Of a stretch of DNA of 64,000 bases, positions 1-10,800 are shown one piece after another. The position numbers and the translations under genes are program-made. Each line of letters opens with the position of its first letter. Positions within the stretch are counted from its first letter, which is position 1. The DNA lies in IMG/VR virus record IMGVR_UViG_3300021400_000141, positions 32,001-96,000 of that record; one strand, given 5' to 3'. Below the pieces are notes generated by a model. The model ran no database searches and was not told the DNA's origin. It saw only the letters and a program-made list of their open reading frames with translations. Source of the stretch: a virus. Its lineage: Duplodnaviria > Heunggongvirae > Uroviricota > Caudoviricetes.

Positions 1-4
1 TGAC

Positions 5-238
5 TTGGGATATGACGGCTATATCGAGCCTTCTGAAACAGGAAATTCATTCAAACTCGTCATCATTCCAGCCCCAGGAAGGCATACTGTCCCTAGACAG
101 TCCGTGATAGATTCCGTACTCCATGTTGTAAAGTCGCATTTCCCGTCAGAATGCGTAACAACTATGGAAGGCACACGCGATTACCCGTACGGAGCGTATG
201 TCATCACGGTTTCCGACTACACACGGTTCCACAAGTAA
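5..238 (+). CDS. hypothetical protein, probably 5'-truncated by the window edge
   Basis: ORF at the window start, ending 3 nt before the next gene. Confidence 0.55.
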   Translation: MGYDGYIEPSETGNSFKLVIIPAPGRHTVPRQSVIDSVLHVVKSHFPSECVTTMEGTRDYPYGAYVITVSDYTRFHK

Positions 239-241
239 GGC

Positions 242-2137
242 ATGAGGGTTATGGAAAAAACGGTGTACAGTTTCGAAACAATGGTATGCATCTCGACAAT
301 CCTCGATAAATGGTTTGGATTGCCAACCGCAAGAGACTATTATGACGGGGAGTCCTACTCAAAGAAGCTTTCCACTACGAACACATCAGGTTATAACAAT
401 GACCGATACACGTTCGGCTCACTGCCCCACAACACGGCTGTTTACGGTGACTGCAACCTGGTCACATTGTTGGGAGAGGAATCCGACGCCAAGGACATGC
501 ATCTTGTGGAAAAGATTGAGAACGGGGTATACGCCATAGAGAGCAAATCTGTGGACGATTACGGTTGGAAATACACGTTCGCTAACGGGGTTGGCAACAG
601 AGTGTCAGCCCGTGTATTCTTCGACTCACTGTATACTATACATATCAAGGCGACATGTCCCTGCGACGGGGACCCGACAATATGCCTGAGTCTAAGCCAT
701 GCCATAGAGGATAGCATCTTGGCGGACATACTCGAATTTCTTCCTGAACTAGATATCGCCTTGATTAGAGAGGTGATGAAGCGTTCTGGGCTAAGCGGTC
801 GCCACCCAAGAATCGCAATCGAGCGACTGATTGCGTTCGGTGCGTACCGTACACGTCTTTTGCTGGACATCCTCAAGCATTCGGACGAGAGAATAAGGAT
901 AATCGTCAAACGGCTTTCAATCAACTGCCGCAGGGACAGATGCGAGAAATGCGGACGGTGCCACGGCAAGCTGTACACATTGGCGGATGACGCACTCTTG
1001 CTTTCCAAGGGACGGTACAAAGTAGGCGAAGACGCACCGCCAGCATGGGAAAATGAGAGCCATCTCCCTCTGGACGCTATGGAATACGCCTCGTGCGAGA
1101 TGTTCAGGGTCATCAACAAGGACTTCCAGCGATTAGATGTTCCAGACCAACCGTATTTGCCAGACATAGGCAACAAGAAGGAAGTGTATTTCCCTGAACG
1201 CACAGACCGCCCCAAGGTTGACTACGAAGACGATAACGAAGACAGGGCGTATGACCCCGATGGGTTCGACCCAACAATCGATTCTGGTGGCACCAATAGT
1301 TACACCAAAGCCATGCTAAACATTATTTTGTCACGCACGGTAGACGACGGAGATACTGATTTCATCAGCGAGTACGTGGAAACACGGTTCTATCAGACCA
1401 GTTTACTTCCATTAATCGGCCTGGCATTCGACCCTCGCGGTCCCAAGAGGCTGTCCGACAGAAAGATGTCCTGCGGGGAGGCAATCACGTATGTCACCGA
1501 CAGCGAAAAGATATACGAGAAGCTCAAAGATGGAGGATATCCAGTCAAGAGCTGCATCAAAGAACGATGCAAGACATGGAAGCACGCATTGAGCATATGC
1601 GACAGAAACCACGCCATCTTCAACGATATAGATTGGGAAAATTTTCCAAACATGGAACCGATGAAATGCGACATCAAGTTGCCGCGTTGGATGGAACGGT
1701 TACGAATCAAGAGCAAGGAAGCCATGGTTGCTATAGGGGAGAACATGCACAACTGTCTCCGAGCCAGGACCGAAAGCAACAACCTGTTCTTCCATTGGCA
1801 TAACTGTGCCCTCGAACTTTCATACGGGAAAAATCCCCATGTAGTTCAGTGCTACGACAAGTTCAACCACACGACACCCGACTCTACCAAGATGAAGGAT
1901 GTGTTCACCAAATACGTACGCCGTCACATCAATATGTTCTTGACATACCGCATTGAACCTGATGAAAAAACACGTTACGTGCGCAACGCATTGGGGCATG
2001 TACAGTTCAATGAAGGCGAATACGAGATGGAAACGTGCAAAGTCCATGAAGGTAAAAAGAGGAACAATAACGAATTTCAAATCAACATTTATCTAGTGAA
2101 AAAGAAAATCAACCTGCGGACGTTTTTCGCCGCATAA
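242..2137 (+). CDS. hypothetical protein with C-terminal PcfJ-like domain
   Basis: 631 aa; RIKSKEAMVAIGENMHNCL resembles the PcfJ 'L..EG..M.HCV' motif; CxxxxCxxCxxC cluster near residue 230. Confidence 0.55.
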   Translation: MRVMEKTVYSFETMVCISTILDKWFGLPTARDYYDGESYSKKLSTTNTSGYNNDRYTFGSLPHNTAVYGDCNLVTLLGEESDAKDMHLVEKIENGVYAIESKSVDDYGWKYTFANGVGNRVSARVFFDSLYTIHIKATCPCDGDPTICLSLSHAIEDSILADILEFLPELDIALIREVMKRSGLSGRHPRIAIERLIAFGAYRTRLLLDILKHSDERIRIIVKRLSINCRRDRCEKCGRCHGKLYTLADDALLLSKGRYKVGEDAPPAWENESHLPLDAMEYASCEMFRVINKDFQRLDVPDQPYLPDIGNKKEVYFPERTDRPKVDYEDDNEDRAYDPDGFDPTIDSGGTNSYTKAMLNIILSRTVDDGDTDFISEYVETRFYQTSLLPLIGLAFDPRGPKRLSDRKMSCGEAITYVTDSEKIYEKLKDGGYPVKSCIKERCKTWKHALSICDRNHAIFNDIDWENFPNMEPMKCDIKLPRWMERLRIKSKEAMVAIGENMHNCLRARTESNNLFFHWHNCALELSYGKNPHVVQCYDKFNHTTPDSTKMKDVFTKYVRRHINMFLTYRIEPDEKTRYVRNALGHVQFNEGEYEMETCKVHEGKKRNNNEFQINIYLVKKKINLRTFFAA

Positions 2138-2152
2138 TTAAAGGAGGCAACC

Positions 2153-2590
2153 ATGTCCTGGTTTCACCGTCTAAGCGAAGCAGACAGAAAATCTATCGAC
2201 GAGACATACCTCAAGAAATCCGATTTCAAGGATATCATGGGGAAGGTTCTCACAACCATAATCAACGAGGCAGGAAACACTACGTCAAAGGGTGTTTCGT
2301 CAACCGACGCACCGACAGCGCCTACCCCAGTCAAAGCACAGGTCGAACCGCCAAAACTGAGCTGGGAAGACTGCGTCAGCAAGTTTTACGAAGCGATGAA
2401 AACTTCGTTGAAGGCCCAGGGAGGCCGTTTCACGGACGAAGCTGCCGCATTGAAGAAAGTAAAGGAATTGATGCCGCCAGTGGATTCGATGCCAATCCTC
2501 GCAAAGTTTACCAGCGAAGAAATCAATGCAATCTGCAACGTCATGGACATGATGCAGGCGGCAGTACTCCCGCTTGTAACCAGGGCGTAG
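2153..2590 (+). CDS. hypothetical protein
   Basis: 145 aa; AAGGAGG RBS upstream. Confidence 0.75.
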   Translation: MSWFHRLSEADRKSIDETYLKKSDFKDIMGKVLTTIINEAGNTTSKGVSSTDAPTAPTPVKAQVEPPKLSWEDCVSKFYEAMKTSLKAQGGRFTDEAAALKKVKELMPPVDSMPILAKFTSEEINAICNVMDMMQAAVLPLVTRA

Positions 2591-2601
2591 GCTGGATATA
2601 G

Positions 2602-3300
2602 ATGACACAGAGCACAAGGAAAGAAGACAACAGGCTAGTCGAAGTAGTAAACAGTTATCTTGACAATGTCGCTTACCCGCAGACCAATCACCTGCGGTTC
2701 ACATCCCGTGTTACGGACGCTGACCAACAACAGTCTGGAAGCGACCTCATTGTCAACATAAATGGATTGAAACTGACTTGCGACGAGAAGGCTGCGGTGA
2801 AGTACATAGCTAAGCCGCTAACGACATTCGCACTTGAACTCGGTTTCATGGACAACCGTTACCACCAGCAGCACCAGCTCGGATGGCTAATCGACCCGAA
2901 GCATACGAACGACCTGTTTTCGTTCATCTGGTTGCCTCAGGCTACTCGACCCGATATTCAAACCCCATCTGATATAATCCAGTGCGATATAGCCCTTGTC
3001 CGAAAACTGGACATAATGAACTATCTCGAATCCTTTGGGTGGAACCCGAAGAACCTCGCCAAGAAGGAATGGTGCATCAGGAACGGAACTGGAAAGACCG
3101 AATTGGGCAACTTCCGTGAGCACGGACTGAAGTTCGCAATCAGCCGTTTCCTGCACGAGCAGCCCGTTAATGTTCTCCTTATGAAGGAAACCTACATGGA
3201 GATGGCCATTGGTCGGTACTCGATAATAAACAACCAGCTATCGTATATTTTCGAACGGGATATCGATTCTTTCATAGAACCGCCACGCCCAAGATTATAA
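2602..3300 (+). CDS. putative PD-(D/E)XK-fold nuclease-like protein
   Basis: QQSGSDLIV...CDEKAA...TFALEL fits a D...(D/E)xK-type restriction-like core. Confidence 0.5.
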   Translation: MTQSTRKEDNRLVEVVNSYLDNVAYPQTNHLRFTSRVTDADQQQSGSDLIVNINGLKLTCDEKAAVKYIAKPLTTFALELGFMDNRYHQQHQLGWLIDPKHTNDLFSFIWLPQATRPDIQTPSDIIQCDIALVRKLDIMNYLESFGWNPKNLAKKEWCIRNGTGKTELGNFREHGLKFAISRFLHEQPVNVLLMKETYMEMAIGRYSIINNQLSYIFERDIDSFIEPPRPRL

Positions 3301-3303
3301 ACT
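3296..3303 (+). promoter_or_regulatory. putative late promoter TATAAACT
   Basis: Recurrent 8-mer, 50 nt before ATG 3354; resembles the T4 late promoter TATAAATA. Confidence 0.55.
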
Positions 3304-3353
3304 AGATTTGAACAAGATGGCGTTACAGTCATCAAGCAAATAAGGTTTGTATT

Positions 3354-4193
3354 ATGGATTCGTGGAAGCAATGGACAAAGCCAGTTACAATTCCTGGCGA
3401 AAAAATGTTTAAGCTCAAGTTTGAGACACCAGACGCAGGAGGAAAACTGGGATTGGCCATCTTTGACCACCTTATGCGTCTGTACCAGTATTCTCAGGAA
3501 GAGAACATTTTTGCAAACCCCTCGTTGACATTGAACGACAAAACCGTTCCCGATAACGCTGGTGGAGCTCTCGGTGCAGGAACAGGTGAAATAAGCCAGG
3601 GAAGGCCGATTATCCAGATACCTCCATCACAGTCAGGCGATGTTTTCTGTACTCCTCCTGACCCTGCTAATCCGACGAAGAAGACGCTCCGTGTGGTACT
3701 CAACCTGACCCAAGCAGCAATTATTCTTCACGAGGCAAACCATGCAATTCACCGCTTTGTAAACCACGGTGAATACATGCATCCAAAATCCAGCGAGATT
3801 CTCGGTGCAGTTGACCAGGACCTTAACATGGGCGTAATGAGCAAAGCGCTCCAGACGCAGAATAACTATGGGGCCGCTATTCGTTACAAAAAGGCAAACG
3901 AGATGGAAACATACTGGCTTTGCTGCTGCGATGCTGCGAAATACCAGTTTAGCGAAGACGCAATAAAGGCAATCAAGGTTGTAAACAACCAGAACCTGTT
4001 GAGTGCTAATTATGAAGTGCTCGCCAACCAGAAGCAGGCAGAAACATTGCAGAAGAACATTGACAACGATAACCTCTGGGAAAACATGTTCGATATAGAG
4101 AAGGAAGACCCGACCAAATACAACCCGCCTAGTGACGATGTGTTCAAGGATTTTTACGACGACGAGAACAAAGAAACTACCAACGAAGTATAA
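3354..4193 (+). CDS. putative zinc metallopeptidase-like (HExxH) protein
   Basis: IILHEANHAIH with a downstream candidate third ligand in NEMET. Confidence 0.55.
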   Translation: MDSWKQWTKPVTIPGEKMFKLKFETPDAGGKLGLAIFDHLMRLYQYSQEENIFANPSLTLNDKTVPDNAGGALGAGTGEISQGRPIIQIPPSQSGDVFCTPPDPANPTKKTLRVVLNLTQAAIILHEANHAIHRFVNHGEYMHPKSSEILGAVDQDLNMGVMSKALQTQNNYGAAIRYKKANEMETYWLCCCDAAKYQFSEDAIKAIKVVNNQNLLSANYEVLANQKQAETLQKNIDNDNLWENMFDIEKEDPTKYNPPSDDVFKDFYDDENKETTNEV

Positions 4194-4196
4194 ACT
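4189..4196 (+). promoter_or_regulatory. putative late promoter TATAAACT
   Basis: 26 nt before ATG 4223. Confidence 0.6.
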
Positions 4197-4222
4197 ATAC
4201 GTGAAGAAGGACAGGTTTAGCC

Positions 4223-5578
4223 ATGAATAATCAAGACATCAACACAGAATTCAGTGCGTTTCTCACGGATTTCAGCAAGAAAAATCCTAGCAAGCGGTTG
4301 AGTGACCTCGCCGCAAAACGCCAAATCGACCTCAGTAAGCTGAACGACTCGACGTTACACAACCCTGAGGCAGACTCCCGTGCAATGGGTATATGGAGAG
4401 ATGCCCAGAGGGACCTCCGTAAGCTCAACAACCCGATGTCCAGCACGCTTTGGTACTTGGCATACAAGTATTTTCATGACGAAATCGACGGAATTACTGA
4501 CGATGCGGAAAAGAAGGAAGCTATATCTGACCTATGTGGGCTTCCCGAGAACAGAATCGATGCTGAAAACGAATTGAAAGAAATTATTAAAGAAAAGATT
4601 TGCGAAAAAGAAGTAACAATAAACGGCAATACCTGGTCGCTATTCACTGAAGAGGATGCAGAAAACAAAACCCCAGACGAGCTGTGCGCTGAGCTTGACA
4701 AGAGAATGAAAGAAATGTCCGTTATCTTCGACGAGGATGCCGAAGACCGTAACACATACAACGAGATTCAGAAGAACCATACGTTCGAAGACTTTTTCAG
4801 GGCATTGGCCGCATTCCTTAACATGAAGGTTGGTGAAATCCTGAAATCAGGAAAGATGAACACGTTCAACTTCTCCTACAACGATAAGGATACCTGTGTC
4901 ATTGGCAAGCATCACTCAGGTTTGGAAGTCATCACGATTACTCCCGATATCAGTGACGAAGACGATACGGGTACTACCGACGACCTAATATGCGACATCG
5001 ATGTGGCCGGACTTGGTCTTCCAGAATACCACCCATCCTACGAAGACACTAAGGACATGATGGAAGTTCTATCCTATATCAACAGGCATAGGACATATTC
5101 ACCAGGCGATGACGGACAATACACCATACCAGGTGTAAAGGGCTCAGAAGTCCCCGCAATAGTATACGACGCCGTACAGGACTGGCAGGCAACCGCATCA
5201 GCATGCAAAACTGTCGCAAAGGCATGGACAGACGCACATGAACTCATTGGTGATTCCAAGATGAATGATTTCAAACGTGATGTAAACGAAACGAAATTCT
5301 ACCGTGAAAGAGCAAATGTGAAAGACCCAACATACGACATGGATGAGTATTATAAGCAGAAGGAAGCGGAGAGGGAAGAACGTTCCGAGCTAGTAAAGCC
5401 AAAAATGGGTGACAACGGAAACTACGACGACGATGACATCAGCCACGTATTCAAACAGCTTCAAATAACGCTTGGCGGAAAAACGGCTGACGGTGAAATC
5501 TTTACTGACGATGAACTGGACGCACTGGCAGACGTAGACGATGGTGAACCAGACGAAGAACCTGATGACCGTGTCTAG
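4223..5578 (+). CDS. acidic hypothetical protein (putative late/virion protein)
   Basis: 451 aa, D/E-rich, preceded by TATAAACT. Confidence 0.75.
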   Translation: MNNQDINTEFSAFLTDFSKKNPSKRLSDLAAKRQIDLSKLNDSTLHNPEADSRAMGIWRDAQRDLRKLNNPMSSTLWYLAYKYFHDEIDGITDDAEKKEAISDLCGLPENRIDAENELKEIIKEKICEKEVTINGNTWSLFTEEDAENKTPDELCAELDKRMKEMSVIFDEDAEDRNTYNEIQKNHTFEDFFRALAAFLNMKVGEILKSGKMNTFNFSYNDKDTCVIGKHHSGLEVITITPDISDEDDTGTTDDLICDIDVAGLGLPEYHPSYEDTKDMMEVLSYINRHRTYSPGDDGQYTIPGVKGSEVPAIVYDAVQDWQATASACKTVAKAWTDAHELIGDSKMNDFKRDVNETKFYRERANVKDPTYDMDEYYKQKEAEREERSELVKPKMGDNGNYDDDDISHVFKQLQITLGGKTADGEIFTDDELDALADVDDGEPDEEPDDRV

Positions 5579-5602
5579 GTGATTCCAAAATAAATTGAAT
5601 TT

Positions 5603-5626
5603 AAAGCCCCTTCGGGGGCTTTTTTT
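5603..5626 (+). terminator. Rho-independent terminator
   Basis: AAAGCCCC-TTCG-GGGGCTTT followed by a T run. Confidence 0.9.
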
Positions 5627-5647
5627 GTATTTTTTTCAAAAATTCCC

Positions 5648-5676
5648 TTGACAAGTCGTTTTTAATTAGTTATATT
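5648..5676 (+). promoter_or_regulatory. sigma70-type promoter
   Basis: TTGACA-N17-TATATT. Confidence 0.85.
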
Positions 5677-5702
5677 TCTGATATCAACATAAGGATATAA
5701 TC

Positions 5703-6419
5703 ATGAGTAGAACATTTGACGAATTGCCTCGCAAGGATTACATGGGAACCATCTCTTGGAGCCGCCCGTATTTCGGAGCTCCCCAGCCGATGTTCGGTTC
5801 CGCCATCAAGACAAGCCACCCCGTATGCATCCGCATCGACAGGGCTAATGTGATTTGTCATGGAGGGGACGCTTCCGACACGAGCATCCTGCCAGACAAT
5901 CACCCGTACATCGAACTGGAAATGACCCCGTTGCAGTGGGCAGAATTCCTGACGTGCGGAGGACAGGCGGAAGGTGTTCCTTGCACAATTACCAAGGTGG
6001 ACGGCAAGATTATGTCTCGCCCCGAAGAAGATACCACTGCGGACAAGTATCTCCAGTCAACTAACGAGCATTTCGACGAGTTTTCCAACGGCATCAAGCG
6101 TTTCGAGAAAGAACTGTCTGATGCCATCGCAAGCGGCAAGCCCATGTCCAAGACCCAGATGAAGGAAATGCTGGACAACATGAAGTGCTTCCGCACCAAC
6201 AGCGTTGCCAACCTGAACTTCCTCAGAACACGTTTCATGGAGGAAATGGGCGACATCGTAGTGAAGGCCAAGGCGGAGGTCAACTCCTATGCCGAAATGC
6301 ACCTGCACGAACTTGGAGTAAAGTGCCTTATGGACCAGTCGGATAATATGGATGGAGACAAGATAGTAGCCCAGTATCTCAGAAAAGAAATCGGTACATC
6401 GGAGGAACCGAATGACTGA
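5703..6419 (+). CDS. hypothetical protein
   Basis: 238 aa after a promoter and AAGGA RBS; overlaps the start of the next gene. Confidence 0.8.
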   Translation: MSRTFDELPRKDYMGTISWSRPYFGAPQPMFGSAIKTSHPVCIRIDRANVICHGGDASDTSILPDNHPYIELEMTPLQWAEFLTCGGQAEGVPCTITKVDGKIMSRPEEDTTADKYLQSTNEHFDEFSNGIKRFEKELSDAIASGKPMSKTQMKEMLDNMKCFRTNSVANLNFLRTRFMEEMGDIVVKAKAEVNSYAEMHLHELGVKCLMDQSDNMDGDKIVAQYLRKEIGTSEEPND

Positions 6420-7833
6420 AATAAAGAAATACTTTGACAAGAACAAGGACGACAGAAACGTGTCCTGCATGATGAAACTCGTTCATGCTGTTTCATCTGC
6501 TGGTGGAAAGGCGTATGTCGTCGGCGGTTTTGTCCGTGACGCAATCCTTGGCAAGGACAACAAGGATATCGACTTCGAGATACACGGTCTCGATGCGTCA
6601 ACTATTGAAAAACTCTTGCTCGAATTGAGTGGAAGCCCCGCTTTGAAGAAGGGTTCCTCTTTCGGCGTGTACGGAATCAAGGGTTATGACTTCGATATTG
6701 CGATGCCGAGAAAGGAACACTGCATCGGCAGCAAGCATACTGACTTCGCAGTGTCCGTAGACCCGTCAATGGGAGTGGAAGAGGCTAGCCGCAGAAGGGA
6801 CTTCACCATCAACGCCCTCATGTACGATGTGGAAGCCGATGAAATCGTAGATTGCCACAACGGTTGCAACGACATTGCAAGCAAGACCATTCGCCATGTT
6901 TGCGACGAGACTTACATCGAAGACGCTCTCCGTGTGTTCCGTGCTGCACAGTTCGCTGCAAGGTTCGGTTTCGACATCGCTCCCGAGACAATCGCCCTTT
7001 CCCGTTCGATATCGGGAAAGCTGGTTGACCTGTCTGGCGAACGGGTTGAGTCGGAGATGCACAAGGCCCTGATGAAATCGGACAAGCCGTCGGTGTTTTT
7101 CAGGAAGCTGGTCGAAATGGACGCTCTTGATTACTGGTTTCCAGAACTTAGCGCACTCATCGAAACTCCGCAAGCACCTGAGTTCCACCCAGAAGGAAAC
7201 GTGTTCGAACACACGATGCTCGTAATCGACCAGGCAGCAAAAGTCAGGAACCGTGCTGATGACCCGTACGCATTCATGCTGACGGCACTCTGCCACGATT
7301 TCGGAAAGGCAAAGACTACGTTCTTCAACGAAAAGAAGCAGCGTCTCGTTTCCTATGGTCACGACAATGCGGCAAAACCGCTTATCGACTCGTTCATGGA
7401 CCGTCTCAGGTTGTCGAACTCTGTTCGGGCATATGTTCAGAACCTTACCCTTCTGCACATGCAGCCGAACATGTATGTTGGTAACGACGCTACGGACTAT
7501 GCTTTCAACAATATGTTCGACAAGACAAAGCATGCTGAAGACCTCCTGTTGCTTGCCCGTTGCGACCACTTCGGTCGTGGAGTACAGCTTGACTACGCCA
7601 GGTATGAATGCAAGCTGTCCGCACGGCTTGCCAAGTACCGTGAACTCATGAAGTTACCCGAGGCAACCGCAGACGATTTCATGAAGCTCGGAGTGAAGCC
7701 ATCGCCTCTCCTTGGGGAAATGCTGGAAATGTCGCACAAGTTGCACTTGAAGGGAACTCCTTGCCAGACAGCAATCAAGCTTACACGGAACCAGTTTGCA
7801 AAACGAATTCGAATGCAGAATGCCGAAGCATAG
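6412..7833 (+). CDS. cca: CCA tRNA nucleotidyltransferase with HD domain
   Basis: VVGGFVRD..LG....DIDF, RRDFTINAL and EDALRVFRAAQFAARF class II NTase motifs; HPEGNVFEHT...LCHDFGK HD domain. Confidence 0.88.
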   Translation: MTEIKKYFDKNKDDRNVSCMMKLVHAVSSAGGKAYVVGGFVRDAILGKDNKDIDFEIHGLDASTIEKLLLELSGSPALKKGSSFGVYGIKGYDFDIAMPRKEHCIGSKHTDFAVSVDPSMGVEEASRRRDFTINALMYDVEADEIVDCHNGCNDIASKTIRHVCDETYIEDALRVFRAAQFAARFGFDIAPETIALSRSISGKLVDLSGERVESEMHKALMKSDKPSVFFRKLVEMDALDYWFPELSALIETPQAPEFHPEGNVFEHTMLVIDQAAKVRNRADDPYAFMLTALCHDFGKAKTTFFNEKKQRLVSYGHDNAAKPLIDSFMDRLRLSNSVRAYVQNLTLLHMQPNMYVGNDATDYAFNNMFDKTKHAEDLLLLARCDHFGRGVQLDYARYECKLSARLAKYRELMKLPEATADDFMKLGVKPSPLLGEMLEMSHKLHLKGTPCQTAIKLTRNQFAKRIRMQNAEA

Positions 7834-7867
7834 AAAACCCGACCTCGATGAGGTCGGGCTTTGTTTT
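7834..7867. terminator. bidirectional terminator between convergent genes
   Basis: CCCGACCTC-GAT-GAGGTCGGG flanked by A and T runs. Confidence 0.8.
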
Positions 7868-7886
7868 AATGCAATTAACGGTTTAT

Positions 7887-10800
7887 TTATTCTGGTTTTT
7901 TAAACGAGTATGCTTCGATTTCCTTCTGCCACATTTCGTATGGAATCCAGGTCACCATTTTCTTGAATGTTGGTGATGTTTGCCTTTCGCCCTGTGGATG
8001 GCAGCATACGCAGCAAAGCCTAGTTGGCGACACCGTAATCTGGTCAAACCTCCACTTGATTTCCTTTGGATTACTAGGAATGCTATATGCAGGACTTGAC
8101 GGGAAACAGAAGTCACTGTAAATAATGATAAGGTCATAGTCTGTTCCGTAGCTCAACTTGTATTGTTTCTTGGTTTTCGCATCGTACTTGACCTTACGCT
8201 GCTTACGTGGCTTTACTGTTCCGTCGCCGTTCAATTCGGGCGGATAATAGTAAGGACTCAAACGGTCGGCAATACTATATACGTTAGTTCCACCACCGCC
8301 AACAGCAAGTTTAATAGCACCCGTATAATTACTTACGGAGATATCTCCCTTAGCAATGTCACGAGCCTTCTGAATGCTGAACGGACGTGGGATATCGCAT
8401 CCATCATCCCAGAATGCATAATCCATGGTAACACCCTTCGTTTTCAGCCTAGATGCAATGCTGCTAAGAAGGTTAGCCGCACCAGTCAGGATGGTTTCTT
8501 TACACCACATAGAGCCAGATGCGTCAATGGCCAGAAGGACACGTGGAGCGTAGTCTTCTAGCACGTTAAACGAGCCTGTGCTGAAATGGCTGTGCGTAGG
8601 ACTTTTGTAGTTCCTACTATCACCATCTTCATTTGATGGACGGCTGGCGTTTGAAGCCAAAGCAACGATACGGTTGGCTATTCTAAGCTTTACGTCGGTT
8701 CTCATATATGCTTTGGCTGCGTTGTCATCGTTGATTTCCTTTGTGAGAGAATTCAGCTCTTCCAAGTTAGCGTCGTATTCACCTGATTGGTTCTTGATTT
8801 CTATGTTATTTTCAATTTCCTTTGCAGCCTGTTGCAAGGTATTTTCCATTTCAGTTGACGTACTCTGCATCTCGGAGAATGTATTTGTCTCATTTGCAAA
8901 CTGTGCAAGGTTTGAATTCAATCCCTCGATTGGGTTTCCACTATTCTTCTTGATTTCGCTAATGAGATTGATTTTAAGACCAGAAAGCCCACCTACACTG
9001 GTTGAACCGCTTGTTCCTGCTTCTGATGTATCATCACTTAGCTTCTCTTCTATCTTTGGCTCACCAGGTCCAGACGGAGGACCATGAGGAGTCTCACCAC
9101 CAGGTCCAGACGGTGGTTCGCCAGGTCCAGACGGAGGTTCACCAGGACCAGACGGAGGACCATGAGGAGTCTCACCACCAGGCCCAGACGGTGGCTCACC
9201 AGGGCCATAAGGTGGTTCACCATAACCTGTACCTTTACCTCTACCTTTACCTATACCTGGGCCTTCACCTTCGCCTTCTTCCCCTGTACCTTCACCATCA
9301 GTATCACCATCACCCCCTATACCTTCACCTTCGTCTTCACCAGTACCTGTGCCTGTACCTGTGCCAGTACCTTCACCTTCGGTTCCTCTTGCACCGTTGG
9401 TAGCGGTCTGCTGAGCCTCCTGAGCAGCTTCCTGCAACTTTTGTAGTCCAGTTCGTGCCCCATTTGGACCTTGCTGACCACCTTGCTGTCCGCCTTGGTC
9501 GCCACCTTGTTCACCGCCTTGCTGGCCACCTTGTTTACCATTAGGAGTCGGGAACCCTTCGTTTCCACCTTGGTCGCCACCTTGGTCGCCACCCTGTTGG
9601 CCGCCTTGCTGACCACCCTGTTGACCACCTTGGTCGCCACCTTGCTGGCCACCTTGCTGGCTACCCTGTTCGCCACCTTGCTGGCCACCTTGTTGACCGC
9701 CTTGCTGGCCATTCTGCATAGCTTGCTTTAACGCCTTTTGCATCTGCTGAGTGCCTTTCTTAATCTGGTTGGCACCCTGTTGCATCTGCTTGGAACCATT
9801 CTGCATTTGCTGGGAGTCGCCATTCTGACAACCCTGTGCATATTGGTTGGCACCTGCTTCGAGCTGCTGTGCACCCTGTTCGATTGTCTGCTGGGCTTGT
9901 TTTGCCTCAGGGCTACCACCACAAGCTTGAGCACATTGTGCAGCAGCATTACGAGCATCCTGAGCAGATTGGTGAGCCTGCTTTCTTACCGATTCTCCAT
10001 CAGTAGGCTGGGCCGATGCCGACTCGTTTGCCGAACTCTGTGCTTCATTGGATGTAGAACCAGCCTGTTGTGAACCATTAGAGAGTTGCTGAGAGCCTTG
10101 TTGTCCCTGAGAAGAGCCCTGTGCTCCACTAGACTCCATTGCCTGTTTCATTTGCTGTGCGCCAGCGTCTATCTGTTGGGCACCAGCCTTCATCTGCTGT
10201 GCTCCTAGCTGTTGCTGGGCGGTATTACCACTCTGGACACCAGCATCGTAGCGTTTAGCACCTTGTTCCAAATTCCTTGCACCTTGGTTCACCATGTTTT
10301 GAGCCGCTTGTGCTTCAGGAGAATTTCCACATGCCTGAGCACATTTTGCCGCACCCTGCTTTGCGTTGTTCGCCGCAGTAGATGCCTGCTGTGACATGCT
10401 CTGACCATTCTGTGAAGAACCCTGCTGTGAACCCTGTTGAGAACCCTGCTGTCCATTGGAGTTTGCCGAACTGGATGCCTGCTGAGAAGCAGAAGCACCT
10501 TCTTGCATCTTTTGTGATGCCTGTTGAGCACTCTGCTGAGCGCCAGCATTTTGCATAGCCTGTTGCATGTGCTGTGAAGCCTGCTGCATCTGCTGAGAAG
10601 CTTGCTGCATTTGCTGAGCAGCCTGCTCCATTGATGGCTGGTCTCCTGCCTTAGCGGCATTTTCATATTCATTTGCAGCTTCCTTCATTTCGTTAGCCGC
10701 TGATTGCATTTCAGACAATGCCTGTTGTGCTTCGCTTGAATTGCCGCATGCCTGGGCACATTTTGCTGCACCCATCTTTGCGTTTAGAGCACCTGCTCTA

